Assembly: GCA_900314665.1 (NCBI GenBank) | Contig: OMWF01000257.1 | Span: 1 to 40,169 of the forward strand | DNA: 40,169 nt | Origin: an uncultured Actinomycetes bacterium | Lineage (GTDB): Bacteria; Actinomycetota; Coriobacteriia; Coriobacteriales; RUG033 | Reading direction: 5' to 3' | Shown here: positions 1 to 11,007 of the stretch, piece by piece | How positions within the stretch are numbered: position 1 is the stretch's first letter | Layout: each line of letters begins with the position of its first letter | Notes under the pieces: model-generated | Told to the model about the DNA's origin: nothing | Databases searched by the model: none | What the model saw: the letters and a program-made list of their open reading frames with translations, nothing else | Position numbers and translations under genes: made by a program

Positions 1-573
1 CCCGACCACGTCGCCCAGGGCCTGGCCCTTCTCCGGCGGCTGCACGACGCGGCCCTGCCCTGCCCCTTCAGCTCCGACATGAAGGCCAGCAACCGGGAGC
101 TTGCCAGGCTCATCGAAGAGCAGGGCATCGCCGACAGCCATGGGCTTGCCGCCTATGCCGAGCTGGTCCGCCTCGTGCAGGAGGGCGCGGACCGCGACGG
201 CGTCGCCTCCGTGCTCTGCCACAACGACGCGTGCGACGCAAACTTCCTGGTGACCCCCGGCGAGATGCGCCTCATCGACTGGGAGTACGGGGGACTCGCC
301 GACCCCGGCAGCGACCTGGCCTCGTTCATCTGCGGCACCCGGTTTGCCCCGGACGAGGTCGACGCCCTCATCGCCGCCTACTACGGGCACCAGCCGAGCG
401 TGGCCGAGCATCGTCACATGATCGGCTACATTGCGCTCTACTGCTACCACTGGCTGCTCTGGGCCGAATACCAGGAGGCCCATGGCATGGTGGGCAACCA
501 GATGCCGGCCATCTGGGAGGAGTACGCCCAGGCCTACATCCCGCGGGCGGCCGAGCTCTACCGCGAGCGGTGA
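1..573 (+). CDS. Choline/ethanolamine kinase-like phosphotransferase (LicA/APH superfamily), 5'-truncated by the window edge
   Basis: Frame is open from base 1 (PDHVAQGLALLRRLHD...) into ORF 79..573. Contains the Brenner-type motif CHNDACDANFL and the choline-kinase motif LIDWEY. Confidence 0.8.
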   Translation, partial: PDHVAQGLALLRRLHDAALPCPFSSDMKASNRELARLIEEQGIADSHGLAAYAELVRLVQEGADRDGVASVLCHNDACDANFLVTPGEMRLIDWEYGGLADPGSDLASFICGTRFAPDEVDALIAAYYGHQPSVAEHRHMIGYIALYCYHWLLWAEYQEAHGMVGNQMPAIWEEYAQAYIPRAAELYRER

Positions 574-637
574 GGGGTGGGCACCTCCTCCGTACAACAG
601 GCCACACAGTTCGCAAAGATGCTTGATTTAACCGTTC

Positions 638-680
638 ATATGCAATAATTGCGCATAAAATCATAAAAATATAAATTCTA
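638..680 (+). promoter_or_regulatory. AT-rich promoter/operator region of argR-argG-argH with imperfect ARG-box-like sites
   Basis: Strongly AT-rich island in GC-rich DNA. Contains palindrome GCAAT-A-ATTGC (642-652) and CATA-AAA-ATAT-type half sites resembling ARG boxes. Lies directly upstream of argR. Confidence 0.5.
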
Positions 681-801
681 CTGGGAATTCTATGGGTTTA
701 TCGATAGACTCAGAGCTGTTTGAATGCACGGTTGGGCATGGCTTCGGACGCTCCTGCGCACGGGCATTGGAGGACGGAGCCAGGTGGAATGGGGTGAGGG
801 C

Positions 802-1266
802 ATGCGACGCCGAAACGACCGACACGACGTGATACGGGACATCATCCGCACGGAGCGCATCACGACCCAGCGGGCGCTGGTTGAGTCCCTGCGCGGCCGG
901 GGCTACGACTGCACCCAGGCCACGGTCTCCCGCGACATCAAGGACTTGAACGTCCGCAAGGTCGAAGGGGGCGTCTATGCGCTGGTCGAGGACATACACC
1001 TCACGCACATGGTGCATGACCTGGTTGACGAGGTAAAGCGGACGGGCAACCTGGCGCTCGTCAAGTCGAGTACCGGCACCGCCTCCGGCGTAGCCGCGGC
1101 GCTCGATGCGACGGAGCTTCCGGGCGTGATGGGGTCCATCGCGGGCGACGATACGATTCTCGTGATCTGCGAGGACGAGGAGAGCGCCGAGAAGTTCGTG
1201 ACCATCATCGAGGGGCTGCTTCCCGAGGAAGTGCCCGAGGACGAGGAGTTCGGGGAAGAGGAGTAG
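802..1266 (+). CDS. argR: Arginine repressor
   Basis: TQATVSRDI winged-helix motif and GSIAGDDT arginine-binding motif. ATG at 802 follows GGGGTGAGGG and is preferred over the ORF-track start at 724. Confidence 0.95.
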   Translation: MRRRNDRHDVIRDIIRTERITTQRALVESLRGRGYDCTQATVSRDIKDLNVRKVEGGVYALVEDIHLTHMVHDLVDEVKRTGNLALVKSSTGTASGVAAALDATELPGVMGSIAGDDTILVICEDEESAEKFVTIIEGLLPEEVPEDEEFGEEE

Positions 1267-1333
1267 GATCCTCACGCGTTTTGTCAGGCAGGCGCGGCGT
1301 CGATAAGGCGAGCCGCGCGGAAAGGTGGAGAGA

Positions 1334-2557
<1,224 letters not shown>

Positions 2558-2634
2558 GCGCCGGCCGCCATTGACACGTCGTGGGGGCGGCTCGCATACA
2601 CAAGGCAGCTGCTCGCGTAATGGGAGGTCGGCAT

Positions 2635-4056
2635 ATGCCAGCACCGCAACATGACAACAAGGCCCTCTGGGGCGGTCGGTTTGAGGGACATCCGGAGCGC
2701 TTCACGCAGGAGTTCGGCGCCTCGCTGCCCATCGACAACCGCCTCTGGCGAGAGGATATCGACGGCTCCAAGGCTCACGCCCGGATGCTCGCCCGGCAAG
2801 GCATCATCTCGAATCAGGACGCCGAGGACATCGTGGCCGGCCTGGACCGGGTGGCGGCGAGCATCGAGGCGGGCACCTTTGTCTGGGACATCGATGACGA
2901 GGACATCCACATGGCCATCGAGCGCACCCTGACCGAGGACATCGGGGCGGCCGGGGGGCGGCTCCACACCGGTCGCTCGCGCAATGACCAGGTGGCGACC
3001 GACACCCGCCTGTGGGCCAAGCGGGCCTCGGCCAAGCTGGCGGGCGAGCTTCTGGCCCTGCGCCAGAGCCTCATCGACGTGGCGGCCGATAACCCGGACG
3101 CGGTGATGCCCGGCTACACCCACATGCAGCGGGCCCAGCCCATTCTCTTCGCCCATCACATGCTGGCCTACTCGTGGATGTTCGCCCGCGACTTCACCAG
3201 GGTGGTCGCCGCCCACGCCTCCGCTGACGTGCTTCCCCTCGGCAGCGCCGCCCTGGCGGGCACCACCTATCCTCTCGACCGCAGTTACGTGGCCGAGCAG
3301 CTGGGCTTCTCGCGCATCTCGCAGAACTCGCTCGACGCGGTGTCCGACCGCGACTTCCTGCTCGACCTGGACTACGCGTGCAGCGTGGCTATGATGCACC
3401 TCTCCCGCCTGGCCGAGGAGCTGGTGTACTGGTCGAGCGGAGAGTTTGGCTTCATCACCATGTCCGATCAGTTCTCGACCGGCAGCTCCATCATGCCGCA
3501 GAAGAAGAACCCCGATTTTGCCGAGCTCATCCGTGGCAAGTCGGGCCGCGTGGTGGGCGACCTCACCGCCCTGCTGGTCACGATGAAGGGCTTGCCGCTG
3601 GCCTACAACAAGGACATGCAGGAGGACAAGGAGGGCGTCTTCGACGCAGTCGACACCCTCACCGCCTGCCTGCACGTGATGCGCGGCATGATTACCACCA
3701 TGCGCGTGAACGAGGCGCGGATGCGCGAAGCCGCCCATGGCGGCTTCATGGCCGCCACCGACCTTGCCGACTACCTGGTGGGGACCGGCCTGCCGTTCCG
3801 CGAGGCGCACGAGGTGGTGGGCCGCATCGTGCTCGCCTGCGAGAAGGAGGGGAGGACCTTGCAGTCGCTTACCCTCGAGGAGCTCAAGGAGTTCTCCGAC
3901 CGCTTTGGGGAGGATGCCCGCGACGCGGTCGACATCGACCGGGTCGTCGACCGCCGCACCACCGTGGGCGGCACCTCGCACAGCTCCGTGGCCGAGCAGC
4001 TGGCGAGTGCCCGGGAGCAGCTAGCCGCCGATAAGGAGACGGCCAGCCGCCTCTAG
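2635..4056 (+). CDS. argH: Argininosuccinate lyase
   Basis: LWGGRF, HTGRSRNDQ, MPGYTHMQRAQP and GSSIMPQKKNPD signature. ATG at 2635 after GGGAGGT. Confidence 0.98.
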   Translation: MPAPQHDNKALWGGRFEGHPERFTQEFGASLPIDNRLWREDIDGSKAHARMLARQGIISNQDAEDIVAGLDRVAASIEAGTFVWDIDDEDIHMAIERTLTEDIGAAGGRLHTGRSRNDQVATDTRLWAKRASAKLAGELLALRQSLIDVAADNPDAVMPGYTHMQRAQPILFAHHMLAYSWMFARDFTRVVAAHASADVLPLGSAALAGTTYPLDRSYVAEQLGFSRISQNSLDAVSDRDFLLDLDYACSVAMMHLSRLAEELVYWSSGEFGFITMSDQFSTGSSIMPQKKNPDFAELIRGKSGRVVGDLTALLVTMKGLPLAYNKDMQEDKEGVFDAVDTLTACLHVMRGMITTMRVNEARMREAAHGGFMAATDLADYLVGTGLPFREAHEVVGRIVLACEKEGRTLQSLTLEELKEFSDRFGEDARDAVDIDRVVDRRTTVGGTSHSSVAEQLASAREQLAADKETASRL

Positions 4057-4093
4057 GCGGCCGATGCCATAGTCCTTGATCGGAGCGCAACGA

Positions 4094-4150
4094 GAAGGGC
4101 CGCACCGCGCAGGGTGTTCCGTAGAAACCCGGTGCGCGGTGCGGCCCTTC
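4094..4150. terminator. Long inverted repeat between convergent argH and PBP genes; probable bidirectional terminator
   Basis: GAAGGGCCGCACCGCGCA (4094-4111) is the exact reverse complement of TGCGCGGTGCGGCCCTTC (4133-4150). The inner segment can pair further (GGGT..TTC/GAAACCC). Confidence 0.75.
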
Positions 4151-4176
4151 GTGCGTTATCTCATGGGCGCGAAAGA

Positions 4177-6426
4177 CTAGTCCCCGCTGCTGTTCTCGGC
4201 GCCCCCGGCGGATTCGCCCCCGTTGCCGCCATCGCCGCCGGAACCTGATTCCTGGCCAGGGCCGGACTCTTGGCCGCCGCCGGCGCCGGCATTCGAGCCG
4301 CTTGACTCGGCGTTGCCCGAGTCGCCGCCTTCGCCGCCCGTGCCGCCGCTGGCGGCGCCGGAGCCCGTGCTGGAGCCCGTACCGGTGCCGGCTCCGGTGC
4401 TCGTGCTTGTGTGGCTCTCGGAGGTGGTTTGCGCGGTGGAGGTCGCGGTGCCCTGCCTCTCCTCATCTTTTTGCGTCGAGGTGGAGGTGGAGCTGCCGCT
4501 GCCGCCGAAGACGCTGCTCCAGCGGCTCCAGTCGTAGGTGAGGGAGCCAGTCGGCTGGCGGAACCGCTCGTTGTCCGCGCCCATGATGCCGAGCGCCTGC
4601 TCGGTGAAGGCGCCCCAGACCGGAGCGCAGGTGTTGCCGCCGTATCCCTGGCCGCCGTTGTAGTAGATGGTCGAGTCCTCGCGGGAGCCGAGCCAGATGG
4701 CGGTCGCCAGCTGCGGCGTGTAGCCGCAGAACCAGTTGTCTCGGCAGTTCTCGGAAGTGCCGGTCTTGCCGGCTGCCGCCTGCCCATTGTCGAGCGACGC
4801 CGCGGAGCCGGTGCCGCGGGTGATGACACCTTCCAGCACGTCTGTGGTCACCGAGGCGACCTCGGGGTCAAGCACCTGGGTGCCCGTGGTGTCCTCCTGA
4901 AAGAGCACGTCTCCCGCGGAGTTGGTGATCTTGGTGATGGCCGAGGGGTCGCGGTGGACGCCGTTGGCGGCCAAGGTGGCGTAGGCGGAGGCCATCTCCA
5001 GCGTGCAGACCCCCTGGGTGCCCAGGGAGATGGACTCCACCGACTCGAGCGGCGAGGTGATACCCATGGACTTGCAGGTGTCGACGATGGGCTGGGCTCC
5101 GATGGCGTGGGCCAGGTGCGCGTAGACCGTGTTGACCGAGAGCCAGGTGGCGCGCTCGATGGTCATGTCGCCGTAGCCGGTGCCCTCGGAGTTTCTGACG
5201 GTCCATGTGGGCGAGATGGTCGCCGGTGATGACGAGTCGCACGTCATCTGCGGTGAGATGCCCTCTTTGAGGGCGGTGACCAGGGTGAAGGTCTTCATCG
5301 AGGAGCCTGCCTGCCGACGGGCCTGGGTGGCGAGGTTGAACTGCTCGGCGTAGTAGTCGCGGCCGCCCACCATGGCGAGGATGTGGCCGGTCTTGGGGTC
5401 GATCGAGGTGAGCGAGTACTCGAGGGAGTCGCTCTGACCCTCCAGGTACCTGTTGGTGACTTCCTCGGCGGCGTCTTGGACGCGGGTGTCGAGGGAGGTC
5501 TGGATGACGAGGCCGCCGCGGAAAATCTCTGCGTCCGAGTAGTTCTCAGAGAGCAGGCCCTGCACGTAGGTCACGAAGTAGGGGTAGCGGTAGATGCCGG
5601 TGTGCGCCTGCGCGGCGACGTTGAGGTTGAGCGGCTCGGCCTGGGCGGCGTCATGCTCCTGCTGGGTGATGTCGCCGGCCGTGAGCATGCGGTCGAGGAC
5701 TGTGTTGCGGCGGTTGACGGCTGCATCCGGGTTGTTGACCGGGTTCAGGTTGTTGGGCGACTGGGGGATGCCCACCAGCAGCGCCGCCTCGGCCAGGGTG
5801 AGGTCGGATGCCGACTTGGAGAAGTAATGCTGGCTCGCCGCCTCGATTCCGTAGGCGCCGTCGCCGTAGTTGATGGTGTTCAGATACATCATCAGGATGT
5901 CGTCCTTGGAGTATTGGCGCTCGATCTCCAAGGCGAGAAACGCCTCGCGCACCTTTCGCCTGATGGTGAGGTCGTTCATCTCGTCGAGCAGCAGGGTGTT
6001 GCGCACGTACTGCTGGGTGATGGTGGAGCCGCCCTCGTTGCCTCCCGTGAGCTGGGAGATGACGGCGCGGCCGATGCCCTGGATGTCGACGCCGTTATGC
6101 TCGTAGAAGCGCACGTCCTCGGTGTCGACGGTGCCGTTGAGCACGTAGGGGCTCACCTTGTCTATGGTGATGGCGGTGCGGTTCTGGGTGGCGAACTCCG
6201 CAAGCAGCACGCCGTCTGCCGAGTAGACCTGAGAGGGGGCGGCGATGGAGTAGGCCTCGGCGTCTGAGGCGTCGGGCAGGTCTGAGAGCCATTCGTCGGC
6301 GACTCGGACCAACCCCACGACCCCGGCGACTGCGACTGCCACGATGGCGAGCACGATGGCCAGGGCGAGGAATCCCGGCGCATGGGTCTTGGCGCGGGGC
6401 CGGCCGTTCCAGTAGCGAGTTGACAT
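4177..6426 (-). CDS. Class A penicillin-binding protein (PBP1A family; transglycosylase + transpeptidase)
   Basis: N-terminal TM helix. GT51 motifs EDVRFYEHNG, GGSTITQQ and RKVRE. Transpeptidase motifs SxxK (SSMK), SxN (SVN) and KTG. Gly/Ser/Thr-rich C-terminal tail. Confidence 0.95.
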   Translation of the reverse strand: MSTRYWNGRPRAKTHAPGFLALAIVLAIVAVAVAGVVGLVRVADEWLSDLPDASDAEAYSIAAPSQVYSADGVLLAEFATQNRTAITIDKVSPYVLNGTVDTEDVRFYEHNGVDIQGIGRAVISQLTGGNEGGSTITQQYVRNTLLLDEMNDLTIRRKVREAFLALEIERQYSKDDILMMYLNTINYGDGAYGIEAASQHYFSKSASDLTLAEAALLVGIPQSPNNLNPVNNPDAAVNRRNTVLDRMLTAGDITQQEHDAAQAEPLNLNVAAQAHTGIYRYPYFVTYVQGLLSENYSDAEIFRGGLVIQTSLDTRVQDAAEEVTNRYLEGQSDSLEYSLTSIDPKTGHILAMVGGRDYYAEQFNLATQARRQAGSSMKTFTLVTALKEGISPQMTCDSSSPATISPTWTVRNSEGTGYGDMTIERATWLSVNTVYAHLAHAIGAQPIVDTCKSMGITSPLESVESISLGTQGVCTLEMASAYATLAANGVHRDPSAITKITNSAGDVLFQEDTTGTQVLDPEVASVTTDVLEGVITRGTGSAASLDNGQAAAGKTGTSENCRDNWFCGYTPQLATAIWLGSREDSTIYYNGGQGYGGNTCAPVWGAFTEQALGIMGADNERFRQPTGSLTYDWSRWSSVFGGSGSSTSTSTQKDEERQGTATSTAQTTSESHTSTSTGAGTGTGSSTGSGAASGGTGGEGGDSGNAESSGSNAGAGGGQESGPGQESGSGGDGGNGGESAGGAENSSGD

Positions 6427-6656
6427 GCAACCTCCCAGTCTGCGGCAGCTCGTGAACCCCTATTATCATCCTCCGCATGTCAGTCTGTCAGGTGGATGGC
6501 CGTTGCAACCGGGTCAAACGCCGGCCAGACGTGGCACAGGGCGTGCCCGGTAGCGGTGAGCGGCCCGTTTTTGACCCTATGCCTTAAACGATCGCCCCTC
6601 GTGCGCTACTCTGAAGCCTTACCTGAGAGGACAGAGGACCGAGAGAGGACAGTGCA

Positions 6657-9131
6657 GTGGGAGCTACCGGTGGGTCTTTACGGCAACGTACGTTCGAGCT
6701 GCTGGCGCCGGCCGGCACCGAGGAGGCGGCGCGGGCCGCGCTCGCCAACGGGGCCGATGCGGTCTATCTGGGCCTGGGCGAGTTCAACGCCCGCCGCAAC
6801 GCCCAGAACCTGGGGCTTGAGGAGCTCGAGCGGATCTGCCGGCTCGCCCACCTGGGCGGGCAGCGCATCTACCTGACCGTCAACACCGTCCTCGCCGGCG
6901 AGGAGCTCCCGCGCGCGCTCGCCTTGATCGACCAGGCTTGGAGGGCCGGCATCGACGCGGTCATCGTCCAGGACCTTGGGCTTCTCAAGCTGCTCACCGA
7001 AACGATGCCCCAGGTGGAGGTGCACGCCTCCACGCAGATGAACATCCAGGACGCGCGGGGCGTGGAGCTGCTGGCGCGGCTGGGGGCCCGCCGGGTGACC
7101 TTGGCCCGCGAGCTCAGCCTCGAGGAGCTCTCCTCCCTGGCCGCGCTCGGGGTCGAGCTCGAGGTCTTCGGGCACGGCGCGCTCTGCGTCTGCGCCTCCG
7201 GCCAGTGCCTGATGTCGAGCCTCATCGGCGGGCGCTCCGCCAACCGAGGCCTGTGCGCGCAGCCCTGCCGCCTACCCTACCTGCTGGTGGATGAGGAGGG
7301 GCGGCCCCTCGCCGACCCTGACGAGGTGGGGCGCTACCTGCTCTCGCCCAAGGACCTGAGCACCATCGACATCATCCCCGAGCTCATCGGCACCGGGGTC
7401 TCATCGCTCAAGATCGAGGGCCGCATGAAGTCCCCGCAGTACGTGGCCACCACCACCGCCGTCTACCGGTGGGTCATCGACCGGGCGCTTGCAGGCCGCC
7501 CCGCCGCCCCCAGCGCTGGTGCGCGAGACGACCTGGCGGAGGCCTTCTCGCGCGGGTTCACCACCGCGTACCTGACCGGCCAGCGCGACATGGGCATGAT
7601 GGGCCCAAAGCGGCCCAACAACCGCGGAATCAGGGTGGGGCGCGTCTCCGCCCTGGGAGGGGGCCTGGTGGAGCTTTCGCTCGACCGCGCCATCCGCTGC
7701 GGCGACGTGCTCGAGTACTGGACCTCCCGCGGCGCCGTGGCCGAGCGGGTGTCCTCGCTCGAGTTTCACGGCCAGGCGGCGGACGAGGCGCCGGCGGGAT
7801 CGAAGCCGCGTCTTTCCGTGAGCCGCCCGGTGGCGCCGGGCGACCGCGTGTTCCGGGTCTCAAACGCCCGCCTCGAGGAGCGCGCGGCCAAGAGCTACGA
7901 GGGCTTCGCGGGCGTGGTGCGGCCGGTGGAGGTGCGGGTCGCATGCCGGCTGGGCGAGCCGCTCGCGGTGACGCTCGCCGACCGCGAGGGGCACCTGGCG
8001 TCCGCCGCGGGCCCGCAGGTCGAGCCGGCTCGCACCAAGGCCGTCACCGAGCAGGACATCCGCGAGCACGTGGGCCGCTTCGGAGGCACCTGCTTTACCC
8101 CGGCCTCCTGGGACATCGACCTCGACGAGGGCGTGGGCGTGGGCTTCTCGCTTCTCCACCGCCTGCGCCGGGAGGCAGCCGAGAAGCTCGAGGAGGAGCT
8201 GCTCGCGCCCTATGCGGAGCGCAGCCAGCAGCCGCAGCCCCTGCTCGCCGTCGAGCGGGAGGAGGCGGGGGCAAAGCGAGCCGATCGCCCCGCCGACCCC
8301 TCGCAGGCGCTGGTGTCGCTGCTGGTGAGCGCCGAGAACGCCGATGCCGCCCGCGAGGCGGCGAAGGGAACCCCGGTGCGCATCGAGGTGCCGGCGGTGG
8401 CGCTTGCCTTCGAGGGGGAGGCGGCGGCCCCCCTGCGCCGCGCCTTTGACGAGGGGGCGGCGCTGATGATGCCCGTCAACTGCCATGACGGACGCGACGC
8501 CCGGGTCATGGAGCTGGTGGGGGAGGGGCGCACGGTGGTGGCCGAGAGCCTCTCGCTGCTCGACGGCTGCGTTCGAGCGGGGGCTTCGGTCGAGGTCGGC
8601 CCCCATCTGCCGCTGTGGAACGCGCCCGCCATCGAACTGGTCAAATCGCTCGGTGCCAGCCGGGTCTGGCTCACCCCAGAGCTCTCGCTCGCGCAGATCG
8701 GCGCGCTGGCGGGGTCGTCGGCGCTGCCTCTCGGGCTCACGGTCTCGGGTGCCCAGGAGCTGATGGTGACCGAGCATTGCGGGCTCATGGCCATCGGGCC
8801 CTGCCAGGAGCGCTGCTCCTCGTGCGCGCGTCGGCGCCGTCGCACGTATCTGCTCGACCGCAAGGGCTACCGGTTCCCGTTGCAAAGCGACGCCGTGGGC
8901 CGCAGCCACCTCTACAACGCGGTGCCCCTCGACCTCGGCCCCCAGCTGCCCGACCTGCTGGCCAGCGGGGTCGGCGCGCTGAGGGTCGACGCCACCCTGC
9001 TCGGGGCGGACGAGGTGGGGCCGGCGCTGGAACGCATGCTGGAGGGGCTTGCGCGCGCCCAGGCGGGGCGCTCGCCGTTGTCCAAGCTCGGCGGCACGAC
9101 CACCGGGCACCTGTTTCGCGGCGTGCGATAG
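6657..9131 (+). CDS. U32 'peptidase' family Fe-S protein, long RlhA-like form (probable RNA hydroxylation enzyme) with a DUF3656-like middle region
   Basis: ELLAPAG, GADAVYLG, HASTQ, LARELS, HGALCVCASGQC...NRGLCAQPCR and LKIEGRMK motifs. Second degenerate C-terminal half with MVTEHC...CQERCSSC and TTGHLFRGV. Confidence 0.85.
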   Translation: MGATGGSLRQRTFELLAPAGTEEAARAALANGADAVYLGLGEFNARRNAQNLGLEELERICRLAHLGGQRIYLTVNTVLAGEELPRALALIDQAWRAGIDAVIVQDLGLLKLLTETMPQVEVHASTQMNIQDARGVELLARLGARRVTLARELSLEELSSLAALGVELEVFGHGALCVCASGQCLMSSLIGGRSANRGLCAQPCRLPYLLVDEEGRPLADPDEVGRYLLSPKDLSTIDIIPELIGTGVSSLKIEGRMKSPQYVATTTAVYRWVIDRALAGRPAAPSAGARDDLAEAFSRGFTTAYLTGQRDMGMMGPKRPNNRGIRVGRVSALGGGLVELSLDRAIRCGDVLEYWTSRGAVAERVSSLEFHGQAADEAPAGSKPRLSVSRPVAPGDRVFRVSNARLEERAAKSYEGFAGVVRPVEVRVACRLGEPLAVTLADREGHLASAAGPQVEPARTKAVTEQDIREHVGRFGGTCFTPASWDIDLDEGVGVGFSLLHRLRREAAEKLEEELLAPYAERSQQPQPLLAVEREEAGAKRADRPADPSQALVSLLVSAENADAAREAAKGTPVRIEVPAVALAFEGEAAAPLRRAFDEGAALMMPVNCHDGRDARVMELVGEGRTVVAESLSLLDGCVRAGASVEVGPHLPLWNAPAIELVKSLGASRVWLTPELSLAQIGALAGSSALPLGLTVSGAQELMVTEHCGLMAIGPCQERCSSCARRRRRTYLLDRKGYRFPLQSDAVGRSHLYNAVPLDLGPQLPDLLASGVGALRVDATLLGADEVGPALERMLEGLARAQAGRSPLSKLGGTTTGHLFRGVR

Positions 9132-9269
9132 CCGCATCCGGGTCGCCGTCCGCTCTCAGGGTTGGACGGTAATGCTACGATACCGGGCGTTGCCCCGGGC
9201 ATCCCGCCGGTGCGCGAGGTGCCGCGCCGGGCAGCGCTTCTCGTCAGGAACTCTCCGAAAGGACCACCC

Positions 9270-10490
9270 GTGCTTTCTACCCAAGAGCAGCTTCACATCA
9301 TCAAGAGCGGCATCGATCAGCTCGTGCCCGAGGCCGACCTGGTAAAGAAGCTGGATCGAGGCACTCCGCTCACCATCAAGCTGGGCGTCGACCCCACCGC
9401 CCCCGACCTGCATCTCGGCCATGCGGTGCCGCTGCGCAAGATGCGCCAGTTCCAGGACCTGGGGCACAACGTGACGCTCATCGTCGGCGACGGCACCGCG
9501 CTCATCGGCGACCCCTCGGGCCGCAACTCGACGCGCCCGGCGCTCACCTCCGAGCAGATCGCGGCCAACGCCAAGACCTACGTCGACCAGGCCATGAAGG
9601 TGCTCGACCCCGAGAAGACCACGATTGCCTGGAACTCCACGTGGCTGCTCTCGCTCGACCTCAAGGGCCTGCTCGAGATCGCCTCCAAGTTCACGGTGGC
9701 CCGCATCATCGAACGCGACGACTTCTCCAACCGCCTGGCCAACCAGGAGCCCATCTCCATGCACGAGCTTCTCTACCCCATGATGCAGGCGTACGACTCG
9801 GTGGCCATCAAGGCGGACGTCGAGATGGGCGGCCGCGACCAACTCTTCAACCTGCTCGCCGGCCGCGAGCTGATGGAGAAGATGAACATGGAGCCGCAGG
9901 TGGCGCTTACCCTGCCGCTGCTCGAGGGCACCGACGGCGTGCGCAAGATGTCCAAGAGCTACGGCAACTACATCGGCCTCACCGATGCGCCGGCCGACAT
10001 GTTTGGCAAGGTCATGTCCATCCCCGACGAGCTGATGGTCAAGTACTTCCGCCTGGCGTCCACCCTGCCGGTGGCCGAGGTCGACCAGATCGAGCGCGAC
10101 CTGGCGTCGGGCGCCCTGCACCCCAACAAGGCCAAGCGCCTGCTGGCCGCCAACATCGTCACCCTCTACCACAGCGCCGAGGACGCCAAGGAGGCCGAAG
10201 AGACCTTCGACCGCGTCTTCAAGGAGCACGAGGCTCCCACTGACATCGAGGAGCGCTCGGTGAAGCTGGAAGAGGATGCCGAGAAGGGCGGCGTCTACCT
10301 GCCCAAGCTGCTGAGCGAGGTGGGGCTGGCCACCTCCAGCACCGACGCCCGCCACCTCATCGACGGCGGAGGCGTCAAGGTCAACGGCGAACCCGTCAGC
10401 CCGCACGCCTACTTCATGCCCAAGTCCGCCCTCGACGGCAGCACCGTCCAGGTGGGCAAGCGCAGGTACGTGAAGATCGTCGGCTGCTGA
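9270..10490 (+). CDS. tyrS: Tyrosine--tRNA ligase
   Basis: KLGVDPTAPDLHLGH (HIGH), GGRDQLFN and KMSKS motifs plus a C-terminal S4 domain. GTG start at 9270 after AAAGGA. Confidence 0.97.
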   Translation: MLSTQEQLHIIKSGIDQLVPEADLVKKLDRGTPLTIKLGVDPTAPDLHLGHAVPLRKMRQFQDLGHNVTLIVGDGTALIGDPSGRNSTRPALTSEQIAANAKTYVDQAMKVLDPEKTTIAWNSTWLLSLDLKGLLEIASKFTVARIIERDDFSNRLANQEPISMHELLYPMMQAYDSVAIKADVEMGGRDQLFNLLAGRELMEKMNMEPQVALTLPLLEGTDGVRKMSKSYGNYIGLTDAPADMFGKVMSIPDELMVKYFRLASTLPVAEVDQIERDLASGALHPNKAKRLLAANIVTLYHSAEDAKEAEETFDRVFKEHEAPTDIEERSVKLEEDAEKGGVYLPKLLSEVGLATSSTDARHLIDGGGVKVNGEPVSPHAYFMPKSALDGSTVQVGKRRYVKIVGC

Positions 10491-10707
10491 CGCGAGCTGC
10501 GGTCGCGCTTCTCGCCGGCCGGGCTACGGCCGCAGCCGGCGGAGCCGTTGCCATCCCGATACCGAGCGCCGGCCGGGAATGGGTAAGGTGCAGGCGACGG
10601 GACTCGCAGGGGCGGCGCAAAGGCCGCATGCGTGCGCGTCAAGAGTTCGAGACAGGCACATCGGGCCGGGCGCGAGCGCGCTCGGCGCCGTGAAGGGAGG
10701 ACCCACC

Positions 10708-10938
10708 ATGGTCGACAAGAACAAGGTAGAGGAAGTCATCAACCTCATCCGCCCGGCCCTGCAGGCCGACGGCGGCGACATCACGCTGGTGGGCGTGGAC
10801 GATGACGGTACCGTCAACGTTGAGCTCACCGGAGCCTGTGCCGGCTGCCCGTTCTCGCAGCTGACGCTCTCCAACAGCGTGGAGCGCATTCTCAAGGATC
10901 GCGTGGAAGGCGTGGAGCGCGTCGTCCCCGCCATGTAA
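10708..10938 (+). CDS. NifU-like (Nfu C-terminal domain) Fe-S cluster carrier
   Basis: IRPALQADGGDI...LTGACAGCP (CxxC). ATG at 10708 after GGGAGG. Confidence 0.93.
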   Translation: MVDKNKVEEVINLIRPALQADGGDITLVGVDDDGTVNVELTGACAGCPFSQLTLSNSVERILKDRVEGVERVVPAM

Positions 10939-11007
10939 GGGCGCGGGCCGTCGTCGCTTCCGCTCTGCAAGGACCGTGTACCTGTGTTATTGAAGGGGTG
11001 ATGACCG

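Noticed and set aside
2571-2600. Perfect TTGACA between argG and argH as an internal promoter
   Set aside because: No convincing -10 hexamer at 16-18 bp spacing.
6478-6491. TGTCAG-TC-TGTCAG direct repeat in the PBP/U32 divergent promoter region
   Set aside because: Only two 6-bp copies with 8-bp periodicity; this could be chance or simply the -35 region of the PBP promoter.
9132-9269. Possible T-box leader upstream of tyrS
   Set aside because: No T-box consensus (GGTGGNACCGCG) or terminator/antiterminator is visible, and the region is short.
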